Assembly: GCA_027007025.1 (NCBI GenBank)
Contig: JALTFL010000001.1
Coordinates: 248 to 64,247, forward strand
DNA from: Nanobdellati archaeon
Lineage (GTDB): Archaea; Nanobdellota; Nanobdellia; CSSed11-243R1
Length of the DNA: 64,000 nt
Direction of reading: 5' to 3'
Part shown: piece by piece, positions 1 to 9,772 of the stretch
How positions within the stretch are numbered: the first letter of the stretch is position 1
Layout of the letters: every line of letters begins with the position of its first letter
Made by a program: the position numbers and the translations under genes
Notes under the pieces: generated by a model
Told to the model about the DNA's origin: nothing
What the model saw: the letters and a program-made list of their open reading frames with translations, nothing else
Databases searched by the model: none

Positions 1-1
1 T

Positions 2-307
2 TTTATACACGGGCATAAATATCCGAGCGAAGAAGCTATGAAAAGCAAACTTTTGATAATGGCACACATACACCCGACTTTGAAGCTGAAAGATAATTCT
101 GGAACAACACACAGGTATCCTTATTGGATTATAGGCAGGATAAAGAAAGGGGAACTAAAAAGATACAAGGAAATAAAATGCGAAAAGGTGATTGTTATGC
201 CTTCTTTCAATCCCTTGACTTCGGGACACTCAAAACTGAACGGTGTGTTCGCGAAAGCAATAAAAAAAGAGGAAAAAATACTTCTGGACTTGACGAGAGT
301 CAGCTAG
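2..307 (+). CDS. Metallophosphoesterase (calcineurin-like), 5'-truncated by window edge
   Basis: Frame open from nt 2: FIHGH...IMAHIHP...VIVMPSFNPL, C-terminal motifs of archaeal MPEs often found near Lhr helicases. Confidence 0.8.
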   Translation, partial: FIHGHKYPSEEAMKSKLLIMAHIHPTLKLKDNSGTTHRYPYWIIGRIKKGELKRYKEIKCEKVIVMPSFNPLTSGHSKLNGVFAKAIKKEEKILLDLTRVS

Positions 308-798
308 TGCTTTACAAAAAATCCCCTGTCCAAAATGTTCTTGACAAGAGTTCCTTCTTTTATTCCTTCTTCTGATGAAAACATCGCCTTGCCGAACCCG
401 AGGGCTTCGTTGAACTTGTTCGTAACGACGACGATGTCTCCCTTAGAGATATCATTCGAGAAAGATGAGATGTACTTTTTCGTGAGGTTGCGCCTGTAAA
501 GGAACTTTTCCTCGCCGAACTTTGTGACGACGACCCTTTTCTTGCCGAACTTCGAGTATTTTTCAGCAACGTAAAAACCGAACTTAATTTCCTCTCCGAC
601 TTCCGCGAAAAAAACACCTATCCACTCCACAGGGATATGAAGTTTGCTTAAAACATTATACACCCCTTTAGACGCCAAGAATACTTTTTTTGACTCATCA
701 TCATAAAGGACAACTTTCCCGCTGAACAACTTCGTAACTCCGGGAAGAATTGAATCCATCCATTTGAACTCGCGCGGGTTAACTTGCTTCAAAACCAT
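304..798 (-). CDS. NIP7-like ribosome biogenesis protein (PUA domain)
   Basis: GEEKFLYRRNL...GDIVVVTN...LGFG...KNILDRGFF NIP7/PUA pattern; adjacent to NOP2-type methylase. Confidence 0.8.
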   Translation of the reverse strand: MVLKQVNPREFKWMDSILPGVTKLFSGKVVLYDDESKKVFLASKGVYNVLSKLHIPVEWIGVFFAEVGEEIKFGFYVAEKYSKFGKKRVVVTKFGEEKFLYRRNLTKKYISSFSNDISKGDIVVVTNKFNEALGFGKAMFSSEEGIKEGTLVKNILDRGFFVKH

Positions 799-831
799 AC
801 CTTTAAAGAGTACAAAAATAAATATAAGGTT

Positions 832-990
832 ATGGAAAAAACAATGATAATTAACCTAATCGCGCTTTTCTTTTTAATTGGGGGATTCATCTCATTCTTT
901 GTGTGGAATAGAAGTGTCTCAAGCGCTATGGTTTTGGTGGGCGTCGCTTTGTATTTTATTGCAAAGAGGATTACACCTTCACAAGCTTAG
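832..990 (+). CDS. Small membrane protein (2 TM, 52 aa)
   Basis: ATG at 832 after AT-rich promoter-like stretch; two hydrophobic segments. Confidence 0.55.
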   Translation: MEKTMIINLIALFFLIGGFISFFVWNRSVSSAMVLVGVALYFIAKRITPSQA

Positions 991-1894
991 CCAAGAAAAA
1001 TGCCTGTGTATTGTACTTGAACGGAACAACCCTTCCGCACTTCGAGAGAAACTGACTGTGTTTCTGGCCGAAAAATGAAACCATGCCTTTGTCTATGTAT
1101 TTGCCTATTTTCAATGGAAGCAGCTTGAATCCAAGCTCGTTGACTGCAAATTCCACCACTTCCTCATTTTCCTCAGGAGCGGTAGAACAGGTTGAGTAAA
1201 CCAAAATCCCGCCTTTTTTCAATAAGTTGTAAGCTGACTTGACAAGAGATTTCTGCAGTTTTTGAAACCTCGCATAGTCCTCCTTTTTTATCTTCTTTCT
1301 AAGCTCTGGATTTTTTGCCATGGTTCCGTCGGAGGAGCACGGCGCGTCAAGAAGGATTTTATCAAATTGTACGCCTATTTTTTGAAGGTTCCGCGAATCT
1401 GCGTTCAGGACAATCACATTTTGTGCGCCCATCCTTTCAATATTATTCTTCAATGAATCCAAGCGCTCTTTGTTTGAATCGACAGCCACAATCGTTCCCT
1501 TGTTGTTCATCAGCTGGGAAAGATGTGTTGTCTTTCCTCCCGGCGACGCCGCCATGTCCAAAACCAAATTATTCTGGCTCGGAGAAAGTTCTATTGGCGG
1601 AAGGGTTGACGCTGGGTCCAAGACATAAAAGTAGCCCATTAAGTATTCCACTGTTGTCGAGATGGGCTTAGGCTCCCTCATCAGGAAAAAAATGTAATTG
1701 CTCCACGGGACTTTTGAAAGAACATATCCTTTTGCTCTCAGCCTGCTCAAGCACCTGTTGACTCCCACTTTTGTGGTGTTTATCCTTATCGCCTTTGTAG
1801 GTTTCCTTGAATAAGCGGCAATTACTTTATTGAAATTGCTACCGAACAAATTCTTGAGCCGCTCTAGAAAGAAGTTTGGATAATTACTGCGCAT
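971..1894 (-). CDS. RsmB/NOP2 family RNA m5C methyltransferase
   Basis: DMAASPGGKT, LLDAPCS, VYSTCS..PEENE motifs. Confidence 0.95.
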   Translation of the reverse strand: MRSNYPNFFLERLKNLFGSNFNKVIAAYSRKPTKAIRINTTKVGVNRCLSRLRAKGYVLSKVPWSNYIFFLMREPKPISTTVEYLMGYFYVLDPASTLPPIELSPSQNNLVLDMAASPGGKTTHLSQLMNNKGTIVAVDSNKERLDSLKNNIERMGAQNVIVLNADSRNLQKIGVQFDKILLDAPCSSDGTMAKNPELRKKIKKEDYARFQKLQKSLVKSAYNLLKKGGILVYSTCSTAPEENEEVVEFAVNELGFKLLPLKIGKYIDKGMVSFFGQKHSQFLSKCGRVVPFKYNTQAFFLAKLVKV

Positions 1895-3131
1895 TTTTGA
1901 TACCCTTCTTAATTAGTGCCTTGACTATCCTCTTGACGTCGGTTTCCCTGCGCTTGACATCCGCCACCAGGTTTATCCCGTCAATGTAAACTTTTTTCCA
2001 CTTCGAAACAAAAATGTCGAAATGTTCCTTCGGCACCCATACCGGCGGACCGTAGTGCTTTTTCATTTTTGAAAGTTTAAGCGTGCTCAGCTCGAAGTAA
2101 ACCTTGACTGACTTCCCATCGCTTAAATAACCGTAATCATAAACATCTATATCTTCCCTCTCAATCGAAGAGTTAATACGCTTCAAAATTTTGTTCAGCT
2201 TGGCGAAGAAGATATCTTCCTTTTGGGAATCAATTTTTATTGTTTCAGCCACGAAAAGCGTTCCCCTCTTTTTGCTGCGCTCCTTCAAGTCGGCTATTGA
2301 AATTTTCTTCTTCCTGAACGCCGACAAAGACGGCTTCTTCCTGAACATCCTAAGAGCCAAAACCAAATTGGCAAAAGTTGTGTAGTTAAGCGAAGCGCTT
2401 GCGTTCCTGGACTTCATCACAGGGTCTATGAGCACTATTGGAGAGCTAATTTTCGGCTTTGACAACTGCCTTTTGGCGTCGTAAAAACTTTTATAGTGAT
2501 TTTCAATGTCAATGAAAACCGGTGGCTTCAGCTTGCAAGATTGATTAACCAAGTTCTTGAAAGAGCCGAAATGAATCATAAGCAGTTCGCTCACATATCC
2601 TGAAATTCCTGAAATGTGTGTTTCAGCCCCATAAACATTGTGCGCCTTCGCGAACATCTTGAACAGCCTTATCTCGTCCGCCAATTTCGGATTGTGGGAT
2701 ATTTTGTTCTTAATATAATTCACGTGGAAAATTGAAGCGTCCATGCTATTCTTCGCATCGCTTGGGGAGTTCACTTTCATAACAGGTATGATTTCAAGAT
2801 TGCACCCATTGAACTTAAGCTTGCAGTAATTTCTGCTTCCGTGCATAATCTCGCATCTGCCGAAAGCCCTTTTGACAACACCGACAAGCAGGTTTCCTAT
2901 CTCCTCATCCTTGTATCCTTTAAATCTCACAAACAAGTCAACGTCATAGTCTCCCTTTATCCACGTGCCCTTAGCGATGCTTCCGCCGACGAAAACTTCG
3001 GCGTTGATTCCCATCTTGGAAAGCTGAGAAGTCAAGAGAGATTTGGAAAGATTTATAATCGACTCCACTTTAGCTATCTCTGATTTTGATGGAGTTATCC
3101 TTTTCACTACCTTTTTGAGTATGGAATCCAT
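1884..3131 (-). CDS. cca: Archaeal (class I) CCA-adding enzyme
   Basis: GGSIAKGTW...DVDLFV nucleotidyltransferase motif, GISGY..ELL, LIDPV...RNASA. Confidence 0.95.
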   Translation of the reverse strand: MDSILKKVVKRITPSKSEIAKVESIINLSKSLLTSQLSKMGINAEVFVGGSIAKGTWIKGDYDVDLFVRFKGYKDEEIGNLLVGVVKRAFGRCEIMHGSRNYCKLKFNGCNLEIIPVMKVNSPSDAKNSMDASIFHVNYIKNKISHNPKLADEIRLFKMFAKAHNVYGAETHISGISGYVSELLMIHFGSFKNLVNQSCKLKPPVFIDIENHYKSFYDAKRQLSKPKISSPIVLIDPVMKSRNASASLNYTTFANLVLALRMFRKKPSLSAFRKKKISIADLKERSKKRGTLFVAETIKIDSQKEDIFFAKLNKILKRINSSIEREDIDVYDYGYLSDGKSVKVYFELSTLKLSKMKKHYGPPVWVPKEHFDIFVSKWKKVYIDGINLVADVKRRETDVKRIVKALIKKGIKNAQ

Positions 3132-3173
3132 AATAAAATATAATCAATCTCAACTTTAAAAAATAGTGGTAAA

Positions 3174-5915
3174 ATGACGTTCGAAAACCTGCATCCAAAA
3201 ATACGGGAATGGCTTGACAAACAGGGATACTTAGAAAGCACGCTACCCCAGAGGATGGCAATTCCAAATATAACAAAAGGAAAGGACATACTAATAATTG
3301 CTCCTACCGGACACGGGAAGACTCTCGCAGCAGTCCTACCGATATTTGACATGCTCCTCAAAGACAAAGACAAAAAGGGGATTCGGTTTCTTTACATAAC
3401 TCCGCTGAAAAGCCTAAACAGGGACATACTTGACAGGATAATAAAACTCGCGAGTTATATCGGACTGGATGTCGATTTGAGGCACGGAGACACCACAAAA
3501 AAAGAGAGAGCGCAGCAGCTTGCGGACCCCGCGGATGTGCTCATATCAACTCCCGAAACCCTCCAGGCAATTTTGATTGGGAAAAGATTCAGGGAACTTC
3601 TCAGGAACGTTGAGTATGTTGTCGTTGACGAGATTCATGAACTTTGCGAAAACAAAAGAGGAACACAGCTTTCGCTTGCCCTAGAAAGACTTGAGAGTCT
3701 GCGAGGCAAAAAATTCCAGAGGATAGGACTGTCCGCAACGGTGGGAGACCCAAAAAAAATCGCCAAGTTCCTGACAAGCAATGAGTGTGAGATAATAGAC
3801 GCCCGTGCCGAAAAGAAATACGAATTCAATGTTGACTATCCTAGGCCGTCAGCGGAAGACTTCGCTCTCGCGAGGGAGATAAGCACCACCCCCAACGTGG
3901 CGTACTGCCTGAGAAAAATTGATAGGATGGTTGAGGAAAGCAGGTCGACAATTGTCTTTGTAAACACAAGAGAGACGGCGGAAGGAATAGGCGCGAAATT
4001 CAGGATGTGGAAACCTGACGCAAAAATCGCTGTACATCATTCATCCCTATCTAAAGGTGTGCGGCTCGATGTAGAGCAGAAATTCAAGAACGGGGAACTC
4101 AAGGCGATAATCTCGACCTCCTCACTGGAGCTTGGAATTGATGTCGGAAGCGTTGATTTAGTCATTCAATATGGCTCGCCCCGCCAGGCGACAAAACTAA
4201 TACAGCGCGTGGGAAGAAGCGGGCACGGAGTCGGGAGGATTTCAAAGGGAGAAATAATATGCAACTCAATCGACGACTACCTTGAAGCCCTTGCTGTTGT
4301 CAAAAAAATCGAAGACGGCTGGCTCGAGGAGCCGACAATTCCAGAAAAGCCGTACGACGTTCTCTCGCACCAGATTGTCGGAATTTGCATGGATTTCCAA
4401 AACGAGAGCAGGACTCCAACAAGAGATGAAATTTACAAAATAGTAACAAAATCATACCCATACAGGAAATTGTCAAGGGAAGAATTGGATTCCATGATTG
4501 AATTAATGAAAGACATCCACCTTATAGGCGAAAAGGATGAAGGGCTGTTCAGGACGAGAAAGGGTATGATGTACTATTTCGAAAACCTTTCTATGATTCC
4601 CCACGAAAGAGACTACAAGGTATTCGCATCTGACTTGAACAAGGTAATTGGAATTCTCCACCAGGGATTCGTAGCTGAGCACATAAAGCACGGGGCACAG
4701 TTCATCATGAAAGGCGAAACCTGGCGCGTTGTTGATGTAGAGGAAGACAAAGTAAATGTGGTGTCAAGCGAGAGCGGAGAGGGAGCAGTCCCGAGCTGGG
4801 AAGGAGAATTGATACCAGTTCCCATGGAAATAGCAAAACTCGCAGGAGATTTGCGAGAAAAATTCGCCCTCGGGGAGCTGAAAAAACAAAAGGATGATTT
4901 CGTGATTTCCACAAGCAAGAGGATGTTCATAGAATCCTATGAAGATTACACGATTGTCCATTCCTGTTTCGGAAGCAAGGTTAACCAGACACTCTCAAAG
5001 GCAATTGGTGCAATGATAACATCCAAAATTGGCTCCTCAATCGGCGTTCAGAACGACGCTTATAGATTGCTTTTCAAGATGCCGTTGATAGTCGGGCAGG
5101 AGCAGATAGTCGAAGCAATGAACGAGCTTCAGCCAGAATGGATTGACGATATAATCAAAAAGTCTATGAAGAACACCTCGATGTTCCTTTATCGGTTTTA
5201 CCACGTGGCGAAAAGATTTGGCATAGTCGACAAAAACGCGGAGTTCTCACAGTATATCCTATCGCGACTGACGACTGTCTACCAAAACACATTCGTGTAT
5301 GAAGAGGCAATGAAGGAACTGCTTAGAGAAAAGCTCGACACGAAAAGCGCGAGGGACATTCTGGAAAAAATAAAAAGCGGAAAAATTGAAGTTATAAACT
5401 CCCCGAATTATGAGATTTCCCCTCTTGGAGTCGAAGGGCTGAGATACAGGACTTCACTCATGAAACCAAAGGGAAAGATAAAAGAAATTTATAATCTTGT
5501 CAAGGAAAGGCTGAAAAACAGGAAGTTCTGGTTCGGATGCCTCTCGTGCGGGAATACAATCGGCGTTTATTCCGTGAAAAATGTTCCAGAGAATTTGAAG
5601 TGTCCAAAATGCGGAGCTAAGCTAATAGGGTTTGTGCCATATAAGGAAAGTGAAATAGCCAAGAAGATACTCAGAAAATATACCAACAAGCAGAAGTTAA
5701 ACGAGGAGGAAGAAAAATTCATAAAAAAATTCAGCGAAACCGCCGAGATGTTCATCAATTATGGGAAGTCTGCGGTTTTCGTGCTTGCGGGCTACGGAAT
5801 AGGGCCGAAAGTCGGTAGAAGAATTCTCAATAGGTATCATAAAAATGAAGATGACTTGGTTAAAGACATAATAAAAGAAGAAAAAAGATTCATAGAAACG
5901 AGAATTTTCTGGTAA
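3174..5915 (+). CDS. lhr: Lhr-type DEAD/DEAH-box helicase with C-terminal Zn ribbon
   Basis: APTGHGKT, DEIH, SAT, HHSSLS, QRVGRSGH, PSWEGE; CxxC...CPKC near C-terminus. Confidence 0.92.
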   Translation: MTFENLHPKIREWLDKQGYLESTLPQRMAIPNITKGKDILIIAPTGHGKTLAAVLPIFDMLLKDKDKKGIRFLYITPLKSLNRDILDRIIKLASYIGLDVDLRHGDTTKKERAQQLADPADVLISTPETLQAILIGKRFRELLRNVEYVVVDEIHELCENKRGTQLSLALERLESLRGKKFQRIGLSATVGDPKKIAKFLTSNECEIIDARAEKKYEFNVDYPRPSAEDFALAREISTTPNVAYCLRKIDRMVEESRSTIVFVNTRETAEGIGAKFRMWKPDAKIAVHHSSLSKGVRLDVEQKFKNGELKAIISTSSLELGIDVGSVDLVIQYGSPRQATKLIQRVGRSGHGVGRISKGEIICNSIDDYLEALAVVKKIEDGWLEEPTIPEKPYDVLSHQIVGICMDFQNESRTPTRDEIYKIVTKSYPYRKLSREELDSMIELMKDIHLIGEKDEGLFRTRKGMMYYFENLSMIPHERDYKVFASDLNKVIGILHQGFVAEHIKHGAQFIMKGETWRVVDVEEDKVNVVSSESGEGAVPSWEGELIPVPMEIAKLAGDLREKFALGELKKQKDDFVISTSKRMFIESYEDYTIVHSCFGSKVNQTLSKAIGAMITSKIGSSIGVQNDAYRLLFKMPLIVGQEQIVEAMNELQPEWIDDIIKKSMKNTSMFLYRFYHVAKRFGIVDKNAEFSQYILSRLTTVYQNTFVYEEAMKELLREKLDTKSARDILEKIKSGKIEVINSPNYEISPLGVEGLRYRTSLMKPKGKIKEIYNLVKERLKNRKFWFGCLSCGNTIGVYSVKNVPENLKCPKCGAKLIGFVPYKESEIAKKILRKYTNKQKLNEEEEKFIKKFSETAEMFINYGKSAVFVLAGYGIGPKVGRRILNRYHKNEDDLVKDIIKEEKRFIETRIFW

Positions 5916-6028
5916 CCCCCTTTTATGAAAGCACGTACGGAAAAATATAAGTTTTTTCTCTTAGTGCAGTTTCTCTTTTCTAAAGAGAAAGTGCTTTCTT
6001 TAGTGCAGCTTTCTTCTTAAGAAAGGTA
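5915..6028. repeat. Cluster of three hairpin-repeat copies between convergent lhr and tyrS
   Basis: 5915-5945 (+) ACCCCCTTTTATGAAAGCACGTACGGAAAAA; 5955-5993 and 5995-6028 (-) hairpin followed by CTGCACTAA(G)AGAAA; same family as the tRNA-intron repeats. Confidence 0.75.
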
Positions 6029-7045
6029 CTAGGAAAGGAAAGCGTCGCCAAGAGCTTCGAGTTCATCCTTGTGCTCCTCAAAATACTTTCTTATTTTGGA
6101 GAAGATGTTCACGAGCTCGTTTGTCAGCGCCGCCTTGATGTCCAGCGGGTGGAGTTCCTTATCAATGAACTTTCTCTCCAAGTCGTCATAAAACTCGAAT
6201 TTTATGTCGCCACCGAATTTTTCAGGGCGCTTTATCTCGACACTTCCCTTAAGCGGGAAGACAACATATTTGTAAAGTTGTAATATTGGATTGTCCTTCA
6301 CCTCACCTGCCGGACAATACGCTTTCTTGATTTTCTCACGAATTGCTTCCTCGGAATCATGAACTTTTATGCTCGTTTCGGGAATTGACGCGCTCATCTT
6401 TACGCCGGGACCTTTCAGGCTAACCATCAGCGGCATCATAACTTCCACCCTTGATTTGTATCCCACTTTTGGAAGGTACTCCCTTGCATACGCAAGAATG
6501 TGTCGCTGGTCTATGCCGCCAAGCTGTATGTCAACTTTTAGGTATTCCTCGTCGAGCGCCTGCATCACAGGGTAAATTAATTCAGAAACCTTTGGGTTTT
6601 TCATCCTAGTGACTTCTGACGCCGCCCTTGTCGCCCTCTTGACTGTCGTGAAAGATGAAAGCTTCAGGATGTCTGCCTGGTATTCCCTTGTGAGCTCGAA
6701 GTCAGAGCCAAAGACAAATTCCGGCTTTGTTTTCCACGGAATCGCTAGCTCTAGGCATTTTTTCACATACTCCCTTCTCTTTTGAATTTCGTCCCATGGG
6801 GTTTTCAAGTCATCAAGCGCGGCGTGTATGTCGGCAATCATTATTTTCGTCTTTATTCCTGCCTTGCTGAAATCGAAAATCTTGCCCATTGTTGCTAGAT
6901 AACCCATATGAACTGGTCCTGTTGGGGCAATTCCCCAATACGCAGTAGGATTGCTTTTTGTCTTCAGCAGTTCCCTCAGTTCATCTTCAGTGAGAATTTC
7001 CTTTGTGTTCTGCTTCGCCAATTCGAATTTATCCTTCCATTCCAT
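6029..7045 (-). CDS. tyrS: Tyrosine--tRNA ligase
   Basis: YWGIAPTGPVHMGY (HIGH), YPVMQALD, GGIDQR, KMSAS. Confidence 0.93.
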   Translation of the reverse strand: MEWKDKFELAKQNTKEILTEDELRELLKTKSNPTAYWGIAPTGPVHMGYLATMGKIFDFSKAGIKTKIMIADIHAALDDLKTPWDEIQKRREYVKKCLELAIPWKTKPEFVFGSDFELTREYQADILKLSSFTTVKRATRAASEVTRMKNPKVSELIYPVMQALDEEYLKVDIQLGGIDQRHILAYAREYLPKVGYKSRVEVMMPLMVSLKGPGVKMSASIPETSIKVHDSEEAIREKIKKAYCPAGEVKDNPILQLYKYVVFPLKGSVEIKRPEKFGGDIKFEFYDDLERKFIDKELHPLDIKAALTNELVNIFSKIRKYFEEHKDELEALGDAFLS

Positions 7046-7073
7046 GATTACATCAACAAGTTAGTCATTTTTA

Positions 7074-7763
7074 TTACTTTCCGAATCTCCTTTTCCTTTT
7101 CTTGAATTCATCCAAGTCCGCACGGAACATTTTGTAATTGTATTCCGGCCAAAGCTCGTCGCGGAATATCAGCTCCGCGTATGATGAATCCCATAACATA
7201 AAACCAGAAAGTCTCTTCTCACCACCAGTCCGTATTATCAAATCAAGAGGTGGAAGATTTTTCGTGTAAATGTTGTGCTTTATTGTTTTCTCGCTGGCTT
7301 TTTTAATATTAGAAGACAAGATATTATTTACAGCGCTGACAATTTCCTCGTGCCCGTCGTAGCACACCGCAAAGTTGAGGACCTTCCCGTTATGTCTTTT
7401 TGTTCTTTCGGAAATCTCATTCATTATTTTTCTCAACCCTTTGGGACACGAGTTCAAATCTCCTATGAAATTAACTCTTATTTTATCTCTATAAATCAAC
7501 TCGAAATCAACCATTTCCTTAAATCCCATTTCCAAAAGCTTGTAAATGAACTTCCGCTCCAGCAGATTCCTTTTCTTTAAGTTGTGAAGCGAAAAAGCAT
7601 ACAAAGTGAGATAATAAGGTTCATCCAGCTTTGCCCATTTAATCAGCAAGTTTTCAAGAGCTTTTTTGCCTTCAAGGTGCCCTTTAAATTTTGGAAAAAG
7701 TTTTTTCTTTGTCGCATACCTTCTGTTGCCATCCATTATTATTCCAACATGCATCTTGCTCAC
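7074..7763 (-). CDS. uppS: cis-prenyltransferase (polyprenyl diphosphate synthase)
   Basis: HVGIIMDGNRR, LYAFS..N, IIRTGGEKRLSGFMLW..SYAEL. Confidence 0.93.
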   Translation of the reverse strand: MSKMHVGIIMDGNRRYATKKKLFPKFKGHLEGKKALENLLIKWAKLDEPYYLTLYAFSLHNLKKRNLLERKFIYKLLEMGFKEMVDFELIYRDKIRVNFIGDLNSCPKGLRKIMNEISERTKRHNGKVLNFAVCYDGHEEIVSAVNNILSSNIKKASEKTIKHNIYTKNLPPLDLIIRTGGEKRLSGFMLWDSSYAELIFRDELWPEYNYKMFRADLDEFKKRKRRFGK

Positions 7764-9734
7764 CTACTCCACAACTCCAAAAACATTTGAACTGTCGAGA
7801 ACGTGCTGCTTGATATCCTCTAATGATAAAGAAGAAATTAACTGCTTGTGCTCTTCCCGGGAAACATTAAGAAGTTGGTTTTTCACATCCTTTGCAATTG
7901 CATCTTTGCTCTTGTCTCCGGGTATCAAAACGGCGTAATATTTTGCCTTCCGCCTAACATTTTCAACGGGACCTGATATGATTTTCAGCGGGTCAATCTG
8001 GACGCCCACCCCGAAGCGAAGCTCGACATCTTTTATGTAATTCTTCCTTCCATAAATCATAAATGCGCCCCTGCCGATATACTCTCCGCTGGGCGCCTTC
8101 TTGGAAACCTGCTCCGGCAAAACCCAGTAAACGCTTTCAAGGCGCTTGTTCCTCCACGCACGAGAGTGGCACAAAGTAAACGTGGCTGCCTCAACTTTAT
8201 CTGTGTCTGTGCTATCTGCGCCTTTTTTCATCACCGCGAACGGCGAGCCGTACACGTCGGCGTGGAAAACAATGTCTCCCTGTTCCAGATATTTCTTTAT
8301 CAAAATCTCATTTTGGGTTGCGTCCTTTCCGGCAATGACTAATTTCCCGCCAGATGTGAAAAACCAATAGAACTTTTCAAACCATTCTCTCTCCTTCTTC
8401 TCGATTTTCTTTGGAGAGGAAACTTGGACTGATTCGCCTTTAATTCTTAATTGTTTTATTTTTTCCTCAACAAGTGCAATTGTCTTTTCCACCCCTTCTA
8501 TTTTTGACGCAAGTTTCTTTGACTTTGTGTACAAATCGTTGGCATTTTCTACCGCGCTCTTGCGGATGTCAATTTTGACTCCACTCTCAAGAACAATTTC
8601 TGCGTTAGATGGAGTGATATCTTCTATCAGCTGTGCTTCCCTGTTGCCCTCAGCTTTTTTTGACTTGAGGGTTGAGATTATTTCATCCCAGCTGTAATTT
8701 TTCTCCCTCGCATTCTGCACAGTTCGAATTATATCATCAACCTCGCCAAGGTGCTGGTATATGAAGTCCGCCTGAGATTTGTAAAGCTCGGACTTCTCAT
8801 TCAACTCTTTAAGATAATTCTTGTGCTGTTCAAGTATTGCCTCCTGCTTTATAATTTCTTTTAAGAACGCATTAGAGATAGTGGTTGATTCCTTGTTGCC
8901 CTCGTAGTTAGTGAAGTAAAAATCAAGTGCTTCGTTGTAGCTGCTGAAAATTCTCTTTTTATTAGAAGCGTATATCTGAAGCAGAAAGGGTTGAACATCC
9001 ACGGGCTTTTTATTTTCGAAGATGACATTTGCCTCAATATCTCCCTCTTTCGCCTTATTGATTAGTCCAATGATATTGTCAAACACAATTCTCAATTGGT
9101 TATCATCAAGTTCATCTACGGGAGTGTTCTTATTAATGTTTGACAAAAGGCAAATCTCCTCAGCATATGTCCCTCCAAGCCCCATTGTTGCTATCGTGCG
9201 AACAATGTCTTTTCCTGAAGATGAGACATGTGTCTTGAAAGAAGGAAAATCAATATCATCAAAGTCAACCTTTTGTGGTGGGAGGTTATACTTCTCACCA
9301 TACCTTATTACTCTGTCCCTCCATGACTGAGATGACAATGGAATGAGAATCTTGTGTTCGCTGTCGCAAAGAATGACATTGCCCTTGCTGAACAACTCGA
9401 AAATCAAAAAGTATTTTTGGACGCCTTTTTTGAACTCAAATTCCATTATCCTCTCGCTGTTAAGCTGCCGCACTGCATTAATCATTGAGTTTGACAGGTA
9501 CTTCCTCAAAAACATTGAGAAGTGTGAAGGTGTTGTGGGATTTTCCTTCTTGTACTCTGTGAGACAAATCACGCGCGGGACATCTGCCTTTAATATTGCC
9601 TTTCCGCCTTTATACAAATAGAAAGCAAATTCTTTTTTTGTTAATTGGTATATCTTTTCTACTCTCGCACCTAAGAGTTTCTGTAATTCTCTCACTAAAA
9701 CAATGATTTCAAGTGAAGTAAGTCCTTCTTTCAT
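7764..9734 (-). CDS. rqcH: Ribosome quality control factor RqcH/NEMF (NFACT)
   Basis: F.MFLRKYL, ELFSKGNVIL, WFEKFYWF, AGKDATQNE, SKKAPSGEY; start moved to ATG 9734 to avoid overlap with polB. Confidence 0.92.
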   Translation of the reverse strand: MKEGLTSLEIIVLVRELQKLLGARVEKIYQLTKKEFAFYLYKGGKAILKADVPRVICLTEYKKENPTTPSHFSMFLRKYLSNSMINAVRQLNSERIMEFEFKKGVQKYFLIFELFSKGNVILCDSEHKILIPLSSQSWRDRVIRYGEKYNLPPQKVDFDDIDFPSFKTHVSSSGKDIVRTIATMGLGGTYAEEICLLSNINKNTPVDELDDNQLRIVFDNIIGLINKAKEGDIEANVIFENKKPVDVQPFLLQIYASNKKRIFSSYNEALDFYFTNYEGNKESTTISNAFLKEIIKQEAILEQHKNYLKELNEKSELYKSQADFIYQHLGEVDDIIRTVQNAREKNYSWDEIISTLKSKKAEGNREAQLIEDITPSNAEIVLESGVKIDIRKSAVENANDLYTKSKKLASKIEGVEKTIALVEEKIKQLRIKGESVQVSSPKKIEKKEREWFEKFYWFFTSGGKLVIAGKDATQNEILIKKYLEQGDIVFHADVYGSPFAVMKKGADSTDTDKVEAATFTLCHSRAWRNKRLESVYWVLPEQVSKKAPSGEYIGRGAFMIYGRKNYIKDVELRFGVGVQIDPLKIISGPVENVRRKAKYYAVLIPGDKSKDAIAKDVKNQLLNVSREEHKQLISSLSLEDIKQHVLDSSNVFGVVE

Positions 9735-9772
9735 AGCATAGTTTAAATAGTTTACAAGATTAATATCTTTTG

